A DNA stretch of 39,646 nucleotides. Origin: Fervidicoccaceae archaeon (GTDB taxonomy: Archaea; Thermoproteota; Thermoprotei_A; Sulfolobales; Fervidicoccaceae). Under the pieces are notes generated by a model. It saw nothing but the letters and a program-made list of their open reading frames with translations. It was not told where the DNA came from and ran no database searches. Both the position numbers and the translations under genes were made by a program. Shown here one piece after another: positions 1-10,117 of this stretch. The stretch spans positions 186,001-225,646 of the forward strand of contig JAVYOA010000001.1 of NCBI GenBank assembly GCA_038734945.1, read 5' to 3'. Each line of letters begins with the position of its first letter. Position 1 is the first letter of the stretch.

Positions 1-1
1 A

Positions 2-346
2 ATTCTTCCTGAGGGTACGATACTCTATCACAATCCCAGCACAGGTCTCTTCACCCTCAGCTGGAAGGGAGCCCTCCTTCTTTTTCCTCTTACACAGTCT
101 GACAGGAAAAGGATATTTGCCAAGAGAGACATCTTCATTAAATACACGAAGAAAGTCCTCCTGGCTCCTGCTGTAATAAGAAGCACGGAGGATATAAGAG
201 CGGGGGATGAGATCTTCATAGTCGATGAAGAAGGGGCTCTCCTAGCTCTTGGAAAGGCGCTGGCAAGCGCCATTGAAATAAACTCAATGAAAAGAGGAAA
301 GGTGGCTTTGGTGAGGAGGAGCTCAGATGAGCTTCAAGAGAATTAG
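2..346 (+). CDS. PUA-domain protein, 5'-truncated by window edge (archaeosine TGT C-terminal-like RNA-binding domain)
   Basis: Not in the ORF track. Frame 2 is open from base 2 to TAG 344-346: ...GLFTLSWKGA...LLAPAVIRSTEDIRAGDEIFIVDEEGALLALGKALASAIEINSMKRGKVALVRR, a typical PUA pattern. Confidence 0.8.
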   Translation: MLPEGTILYHNPSTGLFTLSWKGALLLFPLTQSDRKRIFAKRDIFIKYTKKVLLAPAVIRSTEDIRAGDEIFIVDEEGALLALGKALASAIEINSMKRGKVALVRRSSDELQEN

Positions 347-1049
347 CATATATCTGTCTGGAAGAAAAGCACTCAGGCAGGGATATAGGGTCATCTCCGG
401 CTTTAAGGGATTCGGAGCAGTTGGCATAATAACTGTCCTCCACATAGTTAGTAGCCTCAACATGGAGAAGATTGGAGTTGTGGTCACAAAATATCAGCCA
501 GAATATGTCTACAGGGAAGAGGATCTAGTCTATCCCTTTGAGATATATGTGAGCCATCCCCACAGGCTTGTTGCTCTCGTCAACAGGGAGCTTCCGGATG
601 AGAGGGTTAGAGAGGAGTATGTCTATGAGCTAACAAAGCTAATATCAAGGAAGGGCCTCTCTCCTCTATATCTCATAGGAGGGCTTGATCACAGATTCAG
701 AGAGAGGCCGGAAGAGAGACTTAGATGGCTGAAGAACTCAGCCTACAAAGGTCCAGTTCCCAACACACCAATGTTGGATAGGGGATTGCTTGTCATAGGC
801 CCCCTGGCCCTTCAGCTCATGTTCTCCGAGCTCATGGGTATACCAACGCTTGCACTGCTTCCCTATGCTTCAGCTGAGACTCCAGATCCCACGGCCGCGG
901 CCGTTGCTGTTGAGGAGCTGAACAAGCTACTTGATATCAATGTACCTACAGATAAGCTCATAGAGGAGGGCATGAAAATTCAGGAAGAGCTGAGGAGACT
1001 CGAGGAGCTCTCCACCCAGAAGCATGGAGGGAGAGAGCCCTATATGTAA
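327..1049 (+). CDS. PAC2-family proteasome assembly chaperone (COG1938-like)
   Basis: VISGFKGFGAVG, LYLIGGLD, IGPLAL and PDPTAAA motifs; 240 aa. Confidence 0.85.
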   Translation: MSFKRISIYLSGRKALRQGYRVISGFKGFGAVGIITVLHIVSSLNMEKIGVVVTKYQPEYVYREEDLVYPFEIYVSHPHRLVALVNRELPDERVREEYVYELTKLISRKGLSPLYLIGGLDHRFRERPEERLRWLKNSAYKGPVPNTPMLDRGLLVIGPLALQLMFSELMGIPTLALLPYASAETPDPTAAAVAVEELNKLLDINVPTDKLIEEGMKIQEELRRLEELSTQKHGGREPYM

Positions 1050-1060
1050 TAGTATAGGAC

Positions 1061-1140
1061 ATTGATGAGAGAACCCGGGCCTGGGCTAAAAGCCTTTAGA
1101 GCGGTACAAGCCGCAATGAAGAGAGGCCTGCGGCTGAGAA
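1061..1140 (+). ncRNA. Candidate C/D-box-like or otherwise structured small RNA
   Basis: GC-rich island in an AT-rich convergent gap. TGATGA 1063-1068, 12-nt guide, CTGG (D'-like), ATGAAGA 1116-1122 (C'-like), 11-nt guide, CTGA 1134-1137. Also a GCCGCA/TGCGGC hairpin. Confidence 0.4.
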
Positions 1141-1210
1141 AGAAGAATAGGGAAAAAAGTTCTATATTTCTTTAAAGCTCAGAGCTGGATTTAAAAGAAC
1201 ATTCAGCTCT

Positions 1211-2101
1211 TCAGCCACTAATAGCGCTTATCCTCTTCAGTATATCTGTCCTAGTCACTATCCCCTTTGGCTCTCCAAGAGCATTGACGACTATAAGCCT
1301 TCCCACACCATGAAGCTCCATTATTCTCACTGCATCCATTATATCCTCGTCCTCTCTTATTGTGACAACATGCTTCCTCATGTACTCTTCCACTTTAGCC
1401 TTCACGTTTCCCTCGCTGTATGCCTTTGCTATGTCTGTCGTTGTTATTATTCCTACTATCCTATCATTCTCTATTACAGGAGCACCTCTTATCTTCTCTC
1501 TAAACAGAAGACCAGCTGCCTCGCGGAGAAGCATCTGAGGGGTCAGCGTTATCAGATTCTTCGAGGAAATGTCACCAACAATCTCCTTCGGTATGCTCAC
1601 AAGCCTTTTTATCAATATAGCTATTTGCCCCATTGCCCTATCTATGTGCTGCACTTCTCCATCTATCAATATTCTATTGTAGCTCGTAGGCCCTATCCTT
1701 ATAATGTCTCCCTCCTTTATCTCATCGAAGTTCCCGCTAGCCTTTACTATAGCCCTTCCTCCGCCCGGATTGAGTATATCGAGGATCTCCACGGAAAATG
1801 CTGTTATATTGGTTTCCTTGCCGTCCTTCTTTATTTTGAGGGAGCCATACGCAATTATTCCTGTGCTCTTCATGAGCTCTCTGGCCTTCAGGGTTGGCAC
1901 GTATCCTCCCATTGGACCGGTCTTGCTTTCCAACAGTCCCAAGCTCCTAAGGCTGGAAATAACGTTTCTCACAGTCCCCTCATCCTTTCCTATCATCTCA
2001 GCTATCTCTATGCTCTTAATTAGCCTCTTGTGCCTCTCATAAAGCTCAATCAGGGCCATTAGAACCTCTCTCTGTGTTTGAGTTAGCTCATACATGTACA
2101 T
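1211..2101 (-). CDS. wHTH + tandem CBS-domain transcriptional regulator (COG2524-like)
   Basis: N-terminal HTH (EIAEMIGKDEGTVRNVISSLRSLGLLESKTGPMGGY) and two C-terminal CBS repeats (IRGAPVI..VGIITTTDI; GIVTRTDIL). Confidence 0.9.
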   Translation of the reverse strand: MYMYELTQTQREVLMALIELYERHKRLIKSIEIAEMIGKDEGTVRNVISSLRSLGLLESKTGPMGGYVPTLKARELMKSTGIIAYGSLKIKKDGKETNITAFSVEILDILNPGGGRAIVKASGNFDEIKEGDIIRIGPTSYNRILIDGEVQHIDRAMGQIAILIKRLVSIPKEIVGDISSKNLITLTPQMLLREAAGLLFREKIRGAPVIENDRIVGIITTTDIAKAYSEGNVKAKVEEYMRKHVVTIREDEDIMDAVRIMELHGVGRLIVVNALGEPKGIVTRTDILKRISAISG

Positions 2102-2329
2102 TTTTATCTATTCCTCTCCCTTCCACATGACATGTTTTTTCATTTTTTTAGACAAAAAGAACTCATTATAATTTTCAATTATTTTAGAAGTCTTTTCCCT
2201 TTTAAATCTATCGCTTCATCAACTTCTTTTCTTCCATAGAAAAATTTATATAGAAGTGGTTATAATGGATCCTTTGACGCTCAAATTATCCAAGTCTATA
2301 TCAATATAAGGCTTGTGAGGTGCCTCATC

Positions 2330-3985
2330 ATGTCCGTTGAACCAACAGGAATACCTGTTCTAATACTCAAAGAGGGAACACAGAGAACAGCAGGAAGGGA
2401 CGCCCTAAGGAATAACATAATGGCAGTTAAGGCGATAAGCGAGACTCTCAGAACCACATATGGTCCCAAGGGAATGGACAAGATGCTTGTGGATAGCTTG
2501 GGAGACATAACAATAACAAACGATGGAGCAACAATCCTAGACAAAATGGATATACAGCATCCTGGAGCCAAGATGATGGTTCAGATAGCCAAGGGACAGG
2601 ACGAGGAAGTGGGGGACGGAACAAAGACTGCAGTTATTTTAGCAGGCGAACTCCTCAGACAGGCAGAGGATCTCCTCGATAAGGAAATTCATCCAACAGT
2701 AATTGTCTCAGGCTACAAGAGAGCCATGGAGGAGGCAGTAAAAGTAATTGAGCAAATTAGCATACCCATTGACGTTAACGATAAGGAAATTCTGAAGAAG
2801 ATAGCTGTTACCAGTCTATACAGCAAGGCAGTGCAGGGTGCAAGGGATAGACTGGCCGAGATATCAGTTGAAGCCATAACAAAAGTCGCAGAGAAGAGAG
2901 GAGAAAGATACTATGTTGATCTTGACAACATACAAATAGTGAAGAAGCATGGAGGGAGCCTCCTCGATACAATGCTCGTCGAAGGAGTGGTCATTGACAA
3001 GGAGGTTGTGCACCCAGGCATGCCGAAAAGAATAAAGAACGCCAAGATAGCTCTCCTAGATGCAGCGCTGGAAATTGAGAAGCCTGAAATAGATGCGGAG
3101 ATAAGAATCAACGATCCTCTCCAGATGAGGAAGTTCCTCCAGGAAGAGGAAGAAATACTCAAGAAAATGGTCGACAAGATAGCTGAGGTCGGAGCAAACG
3201 TTGTTATATGCCAGAAGGGAATAGATGATGTAGCCCAGCACTTCCTCGCTAAGAAGGGAATCCTTGCTGTGAGGAGGGTCAAGAAGAGTGACATGGAGAA
3301 GCTTGCCAGAGCGACCGGAGGAAGGATTGTCTCCAACATAGAGGATCTCCAATCAGCGGATCTTGGAGAAGCCGCCCTAGTTGAGGAAAGAAAGGTTGGA
3401 GAGGATAAGATGGTATTTATAGAGGGAGCCAAGAACGCCAAGAGTGTTACAGTGCTGATAAGAGGAGGATTCGAGAGACTCATAGCAGAGGGAGAGAGAG
3501 CCCTTAGAGACTCTCTGAGTGCAGTTGCCGATGCAGTGAAATTCGGAAAAATAGTTGGAGGAGGAGGAGCAGTTGAAATTGAGGTTGCAAAGAGACTCAG
3601 AGAGATCGCTCCAAAGATAGGAGGAAAGCAGCAGCTGGCTATCGAAGCATTTGCAAAAGCTCTTGAGACTCTTCCCTCAACTCTGGCCGAGAACGCTGGT
3701 CTTGACGCCCTTGAGATGATAATGAAGCTAAGAGCAGCACACTCGGACTCCAACGGAAGATTTATGGGAATTAATGTCTTCAATGGAAACATCGAGGATA
3801 TGCTGAACCTCGGAATAATAGAGCCCGCAGCCATCAAGCTCAATGCTATAAAGGCCGCTACAGAGGCAGCAACGATGATCCTCAGAATAGACGATTTCAT
3901 AGCAGCCAGCAAAGCAGGAGCTGGGAAGGAAGGGGCCGCTCCTGGCAAGAAGGAAGGAGAGGAAGAGGAGAAGAAGGAAGACTGA
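2330..3985 (+). CDS. thsB: Thermosome (group II chaperonin) subunit, probably beta
   Basis: [27 protein letters not shown] and GGGAVE motifs. ATG 2330 follows GAGGTG SD. The alpha/beta assignment rests on the N-terminal [12 protein letters not shown] resemblance only. Confidence 0.95.
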   Translation: MSVEPTGIPVLILKEGTQRTAGRDALRNNIMAVKAISETLRTTYGPKGMDKMLVDSLGDITITNDGATILDKMDIQHPGAKMMVQIAKGQDEEVGDGTKTAVILAGELLRQAEDLLDKEIHPTVIVSGYKRAMEEAVKVIEQISIPIDVNDKEILKKIAVTSLYSKAVQGARDRLAEISVEAITKVAEKRGERYYVDLDNIQIVKKHGGSLLDTMLVEGVVIDKEVVHPGMPKRIKNAKIALLDAALEIEKPEIDAEIRINDPLQMRKFLQEEEEILKKMVDKIAEVGANVVICQKGIDDVAQHFLAKKGILAVRRVKKSDMEKLARATGGRIVSNIEDLQSADLGEAALVEERKVGEDKMVFIEGAKNAKSVTVLIRGGFERLIAEGERALRDSLSAVADAVKFGKIVGGGGAVEIEVAKRLREIAPKIGGKQQLAIEAFAKALETLPSTLAENAGLDALEMIMKLRAAHSDSNGRFMGINVFNGNIEDMLNLGIIEPAAIKLNAIKAATEAATMILRIDDFIAASKAGAGKEGAAPGKKEGEEEEKKED

Positions 3986-4006
3986 AGCAAACTGTTTTTA
4001 TCCAGA

Positions 4007-4015
4007 CTTTTTTAT
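4007..4015 (+). terminator. Oligo-T terminator after thermosome gene
   Basis: T-run about 20 nt after the stop codon, between convergent genes. Confidence 0.45.
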
Positions 4016-4558
4016 TCAATCGAACCTTTCGCGATCTTTTCTATGTTCGATTTTCAGCGCATCCTGTGCTATTTTCAAAATAGCTTTAGCAGAGTCCAAT
4101 GGAGAGGTTGCGGATGTATTGATTACAGCAACTTTCTCCTCACCGTAGCATTCTGAAGCCTCATCCTCAATTTCTCCCATTTCCATGGCCTCTAAATTTT
4201 CTTGTATCTTATCATCGCTCCATCCTCTATCTCTGAGCCTTCTTTCTAGCGAATCCCTGTCCATTCTCAGCACGATGACGGAGCTCACAAGTTCCTTGGG
4301 AAGAATGCATGAAAATATTGAGAATACAAAGAGAACTCCCTCTGTTTCCCTCACCCTCCTCTCCAGCCACTTCATCAGATATTCCTCGTCATAAATATGG
4401 GATAGCCTTCTGGCATCATACATGGAGAACATACCAAGCTTTTTAGCCTCCTCGTCTACTTCTATAACATTCTTTTCTTCAAGCATCTTTCTCAGTTCAC
4501 CTGCTATAGTGCTCTTCCCAGTTCCAGGATACCCAGCAATTACTACAGCTTTACCCAA
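4016..4558 (-). CDS. Fap7/AK6 (hCINAP)-like nucleotide kinase
   Basis: Walker A GYPGTGKST and LERRLRDRGWSDDKIQEN. Confidence 0.85.
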   Translation of the reverse strand: MGKAVVIAGYPGTGKSTIAGELRKMLEEKNVIEVDEEAKKLGMFSMYDARRLSHIYDEEYLMKWLERRVRETEGVLFVFSIFSCILPKELVSSVIVLRMDRDSLERRLRDRGWSDDKIQENLEAMEMGEIEDEASECYGEEKVAVINTSATSPLDSAKAILKIAQDALKIEHRKDRERFD

Positions 4559-4639
4559 AAAGCTCCACCTTTCATTTCAAAGCTTTATCTTGGGAAAAAA
4601 ATAAATCCATTGTGCTGCAAGAATAAAGCGTGATTTCTC

Positions 4640-6466
4640 ATGCACGGCTGGTGGGGAAAAGTTCTAATAGTGGATTTGAGCAGAGGAAAGAGCACAGTTC
4701 TCTCTCCTTCCCAGGAAACATATATCAACTTTATAGGTGGTAGGGGATTAGCAGCAAGACTTCTCTGGGACCTAGCCCCCCCAGGAGTTGATCCCCTCTC
4801 TCCCCACAACCCCCTCATCATCGCATCTGGTCCTTTAACCGGTTTGCCTTTACCGAGCAGTGGTAAGCTCGTTGTGGCCTCGAAGAGCCCCCTGACAGGT
4901 GGGTATGGAGATGGCAACATTGGAACGATGGCCAGCTACCACCTCAGGAGAAGCGGCTTCGATGCTATAGCTATCATGGGATCCTCTCCATATCCATCAT
5001 ACCTCTACATAGAAAGAGGAAAGGTGGAAGTGCTTAAGGCAGATGGAATCTGGGGACTCGATACATTCTCAGCCGAGGAAAAGCTCAAGATGGAGCACGG
5101 TAAGGATGCAGGCATTCTCCTAATAGGACCAGCCGGTGAGAACAAGGTAAGGTACGCTACCATTGTCTCACAGAAGGGAAGAAGCGGAGGAAGGCCAGGT
5201 ATAGGGGCAGTGATGGGAAGCAAGAAGCTCAAGGCAATAGTCATTAGAGGAAGCAGTGAGCCAAATCTCTACGATGGAAAAAAGCTGGCAGAAACAGCCA
5301 AGGAAGCCTACACTGCCGTATTGAGGAGCACCGGATATAGATCGTGGATAGCCCAGGGAACCATGTCAACTATAGCTTGGAGCAACGCAGCTGGGGTTCT
5401 GCCAACAATGAACTTCAAAGAAGGAACATGGGAGGAGAGCGAATCGATAGGGGGGGACCTCATGGAGAAAATAAAGAAGGAGAGGAGAGGGTGCCCCTAC
5501 TGCAACATGCAGTGCGGAAACGTCATAGAGGACAATTCCTCCAGAGATAGCGAGCTTGACTATGAGAATGTTGCGATGCTTGGAAGCAACGTTCTTCTGG
5601 GCGATCTCAGAAAAGTAGCTGAACTCAACAGAATAGCCGATGAAATGGGAATGGATACTATAAGTCTTGGGAATAGCCTCGGATATTACATGGAGGCGAG
5701 CGAGAGAGGCTTAGTTGATGATAAGCTTGAGTGGGGAGACTTCAGAGGGATGAAGCTTCTTGCCCTAGATATAGCGCACAGAAGGGGCTTAGGAAGCTTT
5801 CTAGCTGAGGGTGTAATGAGAATGGCAGCATCGCTTGGAAACGATGGAGAGGAGTTCTCTATGCACGTCAAGGGACTGGAGGTCTCAGCTTACGACTGCC
5901 ATGCTGCTCCAGGCATGGCACTATCCTATGGAACTTCCCCGATAGGAGCCCATCATAAAGATGCATGGGTAATAAGCTATGAGGTAAGCACCGACAGACT
6001 ATCTTACTCAAGAGATAAGGTAGAGAGAGTGATTTACCTTCAGACAATCAGAGGAGGGATGTTTGAGGCCCTCACTACATGCAGGTTCCCATGGGTAGAG
6101 CTGGGGATTGACCTTCAGTACTATCCTAGAATGCTATCGCAGGCTACAGGCATTACCTGGACTATGGACGATTTGGCAAAGGCAGCAAACAGAATATATA
6201 CACTAATAAGGGCATTCTGGATAAGAGAGAGGGACTCGTGGAGCAGACAGCTCGACTATCCTCCCCTCAGATGGTTCAAGCATCCGCTTACAAAGGGGAA
6301 CCTTGCAGGAAGAAAGCTCGATCTAAAATCCTATGAAGACATGCTATCAGCATACTACAGTATGAGGGGATGGGATGAAAGAGGAGTGCCTAAAAGGGAA
6401 ACCCTAATTAGCCTTGGCCTAGAATTCACCATACCCATTCTCGAGAGCACAGTAGGGCTGAAATGA
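4640..6466 (+). CDS. for: Tungsten aldehyde:ferredoxin oxidoreductase, FOR (formaldehyde OR) subfamily
   Basis: MHGWWGK, KSPLTGGYGDGN, GAVMGSKKLKA, CPYCNMQC, ELDYENVAMLGSN, ADEMGMDTISLG and GAHHKDAW closely recall Pyrococcus FOR. Confidence 0.9.
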   Translation: MHGWWGKVLIVDLSRGKSTVLSPSQETYINFIGGRGLAARLLWDLAPPGVDPLSPHNPLIIASGPLTGLPLPSSGKLVVASKSPLTGGYGDGNIGTMASYHLRRSGFDAIAIMGSSPYPSYLYIERGKVEVLKADGIWGLDTFSAEEKLKMEHGKDAGILLIGPAGENKVRYATIVSQKGRSGGRPGIGAVMGSKKLKAIVIRGSSEPNLYDGKKLAETAKEAYTAVLRSTGYRSWIAQGTMSTIAWSNAAGVLPTMNFKEGTWEESESIGGDLMEKIKKERRGCPYCNMQCGNVIEDNSSRDSELDYENVAMLGSNVLLGDLRKVAELNRIADEMGMDTISLGNSLGYYMEASERGLVDDKLEWGDFRGMKLLALDIAHRRGLGSFLAEGVMRMAASLGNDGEEFSMHVKGLEVSAYDCHAAPGMALSYGTSPIGAHHKDAWVISYEVSTDRLSYSRDKVERVIYLQTIRGGMFEALTTCRFPWVELGIDLQYYPRMLSQATGITWTMDDLAKAANRIYTLIRAFWIRERDSWSRQLDYPPLRWFKHPLTKGNLAGRKLDLKSYEDMLSAYYSMRGWDERGVPKRETLISLGLEFTIPILESTVGLK

Positions 6467-7413
6467 TGTCCTCAACATTCTCAGGGGAAGGGAAAAAAGT
6501 TAGGAACAGGCTATTCCTACTGGCTCTTCTAATATTTTTTTCCTTCTTCCTTCTCTATATTCTCAGGGCACCTCAAATATTGCCCGAACAGATAAGAGAA
6601 AAGTACATCGAGTATTTCCACTACATAGAGGCAGCAGTCTCAATAGCTCTCGGTATTATAGTCATACAATCAATAGCATCCATCACAACATCCAGACTCA
6701 AGGAACTTGGCCCAAGCGCTTTTGTTGCTAGGAACATCATAATGATACTGGGATACATAGCAATAGCATTTATAGCCCTTTCCTTCTTCGAAATAACAGG
6801 AGTTATTTCCCTGGCTGGTGCAACATTTTCAGGCCTCATATTCGGGTTCGGTCTTCAGCCAGTCATGGCAAACTTCTTTGCAGGTCTCATTCTTCTCTTC
6901 ACAGGTCATCTAAAGCCAGGAAAGGTCGTCAAGGTAAGTGGAACATCGCTTCCAATAAGCATTGTTGCTTTCCCTCCATACAAGCTCTTCAGCATAAACG
7001 AGTACATGCCCAGCATAACTGGAACCGTAGTCGAGATAGGCCTAATGTTCACGAAGATACTTTCAGCTCATGGAGAGCTTGTGAAGATACCGAACAATAT
7101 ACTTCTCACATCAGGAATAGTTAGGGAGGAAATAACTGAGGAGAAGAGAGTTAGAATACGGTACGAGATCCCAATAAGCTGCGACCCAGAGAGCACTCTT
7201 TCTGAGCTGGAGGGGCAACTATCATCCGAGAGTGATATCGAAATATACATAGAGGAACAGAGCGACAAGGGTTTTTATATACTGAACATCTCTGCTAGAG
7301 TCCCCCCACACGAGAAGCTCATGAAGTACAGGTCAAGGTTGCTAGCAAAAGTAATAAAGGCGCACAGATCCCTGCTGCAGAAGGGAATTTGTGAGCAGAA
7401 GCAAAGCACCTAG
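6463..7413 (+). CDS. mscS: MscS-family mechanosensitive channel
   Basis: TM helices followed by GFGLQPVMANFFAGLIL, GTVVEIGLMFTKI and VKIPNN. Confidence 0.85.
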   Translation: MMSSTFSGEGKKVRNRLFLLALLIFFSFFLLYILRAPQILPEQIREKYIEYFHYIEAAVSIALGIIVIQSIASITTSRLKELGPSAFVARNIIMILGYIAIAFIALSFFEITGVISLAGATFSGLIFGFGLQPVMANFFAGLILLFTGHLKPGKVVKVSGTSLPISIVAFPPYKLFSINEYMPSITGTVVEIGLMFTKILSAHGELVKIPNNILLTSGIVREEITEEKRVRIRYEIPISCDPESTLSELEGQLSSESDIEIYIEEQSDKGFYILNISARVPPHEKLMKYRSRLLAKVIKAHRSLLQKGICEQKQST

Positions 7414-7451
7414 AATCAACAAACATTTATCCTTTCGATATCATAAAATAA

Positions 7452-9113
7452 ATGGAAAATAGGTGGCTCCGAACGAGAATTGCGCTTGTCTCTGCAAATA
7501 GAAGCGGAGGAGCTTATGAACAATCATTTGGAGTTAACTTTCCTCCACTGGCAGCAGCTAGCTTGGCTGCAGTAGCACATGAGCAGGGATATGAAGCTAA
7601 GCTGTTTGATGCCTCACCCCTTCACATAGGCAACAGCCATCTTGCTTCTCTGATACTCGAATATGATCCCGACATATCCGCGTTCATAGTAAACTCATCG
7701 AGCTCGGCAGGGTCGAGCGCTGAGGTAGCTCGGATGATCAAGAAGAGCGGTCAAATTATAGTTGCTGGAGGTCATCATGCCACCTTCGCATATCCTTCCC
7801 TCCTTAAAAAAGGATTCGATGTTGTTTTTCTGGGAGAGGGCGAAATCTCATTCTCCCGCTTCCTTTCTAGAATAAAGAGAGGTGAGGAGTGGAGAGATTT
7901 AGTTGGGATAGCATTTCTCGATGGAGGAAAGCCTGTAGCTACAGGAAAGGCACCAATGGTTGAGAGACTAGACGAGCTTCCCATGCCAAAATTCGAAATA
8001 TTCAACAGGGATAACTACAAAATGGGTATATTCGATCCAGATGGGAGCGTCATAACAATTGAGACATCAAGAGGATGTCCCTACAATTGCGAGTACTGCT
8101 CGGTAACGAGGATGTGGGGAGCCAAGTGGAGGCTGAAGAGCTTCTCGAGGGTTATAGAAGAGCTGAAGAAGGTCAGGGAGCTTGGCTATAGATGGGTCTT
8201 TTTTGTCGATGACAACTTCATAATTCCTCTCAAAAGAGCAGTCGAGGAGAAGATAAGGCTCCTTCAGGAGATGATAAAGACCGGGCTTAACTCGCTTCAC
8301 TATATAGTTCAGCTTAGGGCAGACTTCGTTGCCAAGAACAATTGGCTTCCGAAAATGCTCAAGGAAGCTGGAGTCAAGGTTGCATTTCTAGGCATTGAGT
8401 CTGGAGACATGGAAACTCTAGCTCGGATGAGGAAGAACCTCTCTCTGGATCTCTCCACAAGAGCCGTCAGCATGCTTTCTCACTCTGGTATAATTGTTCA
8501 TGGAGGCTTTATCCTTGGAGCACCGCATGAGGGATATGCTGCGATAAAAAGGACAATAGACTTCGCTACCTCACTCATTAACTATGGACTCGACTCAGCA
8601 CAATTTTCAATATACACTCCCCTTCCTGGCACAGAATCATTTGAAAAAGCTCTGATAAACGGTGATCTGCTAACACTGGATTGGGATCTCTATGACATCC
8701 TCCACCCAGTAATGCGCACCAAACTATCTCCCCCCATCCTCTTCTTCATTCAGAGGTTTGCCCAGTACTACTTCTTTCTAAGAAAAGGAATATGGAGCCT
8801 AGCAAGAGGAAGGCTCTTCTCTGAGCCAAAAACAGAAAAGGATAAGCTGCTTCATGCTGGAACGAAATTTTTATTCAAGAACATCCCAAGGAACATCTTG
8901 GGCCTTCTAGCCCTTCCGCTATCATCTTTTACCCTATTCTTGAAGCTCAGAAGAGGGATGAGCAGAGAGGAAAAGGAGGAGCTCAAGGACATTGCTCAAG
9001 CAGAAACTGTTCTCTCCCCAACATTTGCTGTGTTCATAAAGAGGAAAAAGGCATATAGCCTAAGTGGGCGAGAAAATGATGGTAGCAGAGCATGGAGAAG
9101 AAAGAGGGACTGA
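7452..9113 (+). CDS. B12-binding radical SAM protein, likely GDGT ring synthase (Grs)-like
   Basis: PPLAAASLAA, AGGHHATF, LGEGE, ETSRGCPYNCEYCSV (CxxxCxxC), FFVDDNF, GIESG and QFSIYTPLPGT. Confidence 0.75.
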   Translation: MENRWLRTRIALVSANRSGGAYEQSFGVNFPPLAAASLAAVAHEQGYEAKLFDASPLHIGNSHLASLILEYDPDISAFIVNSSSSAGSSAEVARMIKKSGQIIVAGGHHATFAYPSLLKKGFDVVFLGEGEISFSRFLSRIKRGEEWRDLVGIAFLDGGKPVATGKAPMVERLDELPMPKFEIFNRDNYKMGIFDPDGSVITIETSRGCPYNCEYCSVTRMWGAKWRLKSFSRVIEELKKVRELGYRWVFFVDDNFIIPLKRAVEEKIRLLQEMIKTGLNSLHYIVQLRADFVAKNNWLPKMLKEAGVKVAFLGIESGDMETLARMRKNLSLDLSTRAVSMLSHSGIIVHGGFILGAPHEGYAAIKRTIDFATSLINYGLDSAQFSIYTPLPGTESFEKALINGDLLTLDWDLYDILHPVMRTKLSPPILFFIQRFAQYYFFLRKGIWSLARGRLFSEPKTEKDKLLHAGTKFLFKNIPRNILGLLALPLSSFTLFLKLRRGMSREEKEELKDIAQAETVLSPTFAVFIKRKKAYSLSGRENDGSRAWRRKRD

Positions 9114-10117
9114 AGAAGCTGCTCATTAGCTTCACTCTAGCAAAGCTAGCACTACTTCTGCTCGCAGTTTCTCTCTCAGGCTTCTCGATCGAAGCGGCGA
9201 TGACAAGATGGGATGCTGAGCACTACATAGAAATAGCGCTGACGGGTTACTCCTCTCCCGAGAACTTCGCATTCTCACCCTTCTTTCCCATTCTGATAAG
9301 GCTGGTCAACACTGTTGTTGGCATTCCATGGCTATCAGCTTCCCTGATCTCCAACGCCTTCAGCTACACAGTTATCATTCTCATATACTTCCTCTATGGA
9401 GAAAGAACAGCCTACATACTTGCATTCTTTCCAACTTTTCTTGCTTACACACTTTTCCCCTACAGTGAGGCAGTCAGCCTGACGTTCATAGCCCTGACGC
9501 TCCTCCTGTCCAGGAATGGAAGGAACACACTAAGCTCCATGCTTTCCTATTCCATTTCAATACTCACATCCTATGCTACGGCAATAACTCTTCCTTCCTT
9601 CCTATTCCTGAAAAGAAGGAAGCTTGTCCTAATACCCATAGCTGTTGGAATTGCTATTCTGACCTTCTTCTTCTTGGAGACAGGAGATCCCCTTTACTAC
9701 TTCAAGGTTGAGGGGACGTACTGGGGAAGCGACATAACAACTCCTTGGGGACAGGCTGAGTGGATTCTTCATGGCTGGTTCACTTCTCAGTCCTGGAGGC
9801 TTGGCCCTCTCAACCTCCCACCGACATACTGGCTGGCTAGAAATATAGCATTTGAGCTCTTCTTCATAATTTCCACTGCCTTCCTAGCGCTGAAGGGGAG
9901 AAAATTCGAGCTTACATTCTCCTCTTTCATTCTCATCCAGGTACTCTGCATTACGGGAGTTCCAGCAATCTCCGTTCCAAGGCTCATTTTGAGGGCTCTC
10001 CCCTCCTTCTATGGAGCATCTCTCTTCATTAAGGAGCACACAAAGCTGTATTGTGCGTCCTCCTTTCTAGTGTCCATCCTAGTGGTATCACAGCACGCAC
10101 TCTCGTTCTTTGCCTAG
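9092..10117 (+). CDS. GT-C polytopic glycosyltransferase (PIG-V/mannosyltransferase-like)
   Basis: RWDAEHYIEIA..GY, AFSPFFP and YSEA motifs; about 10 hydrophobic segments. Confidence 0.7.
   Translation: MEKKEGLKKLLISFTLAKLALLLLAVSLSGFSIEAAMTRWDAEHYIEIALTGYSSPENFAFSPFFPILIRLVNTVVGIPWLSASLISNAFSYTVIILIYFLYGERTAYILAFFPTFLAYTLFPYSEAVSLTFIALTLLLSRNGRNTLSSMLSYSISILTSYATAITLPSFLFLKRRKLVLIPIAVGIAILTFFFLETGDPLYYFKVEGTYWGSDITTPWGQAEWILHGWFTSQSWRLGPLNLPPTYWLARNIAFELFFIISTAFLALKGRKFELTFSSFILIQVLCITGVPAISVPRLILRALPSFYGASLFIKEHTKLYCASSFLVSILVVSQHALSFFA

Noticed and set aside
1065..1175. 36-codon ORF MREPGPGLKAFR...
   Set aside because: Weak coding signal; the RNA motifs and hairpins explain the region better, though the ORF is not excluded.
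2911..3990. Long antisense ORFs (e.g. 2911-3990, 1310-2023, 17514-18068, 18263-19027, 37075-37617)
   Set aside because: They shadow well-supported genes on the opposite strand, have S/L/F-biased composition and show no motifs.
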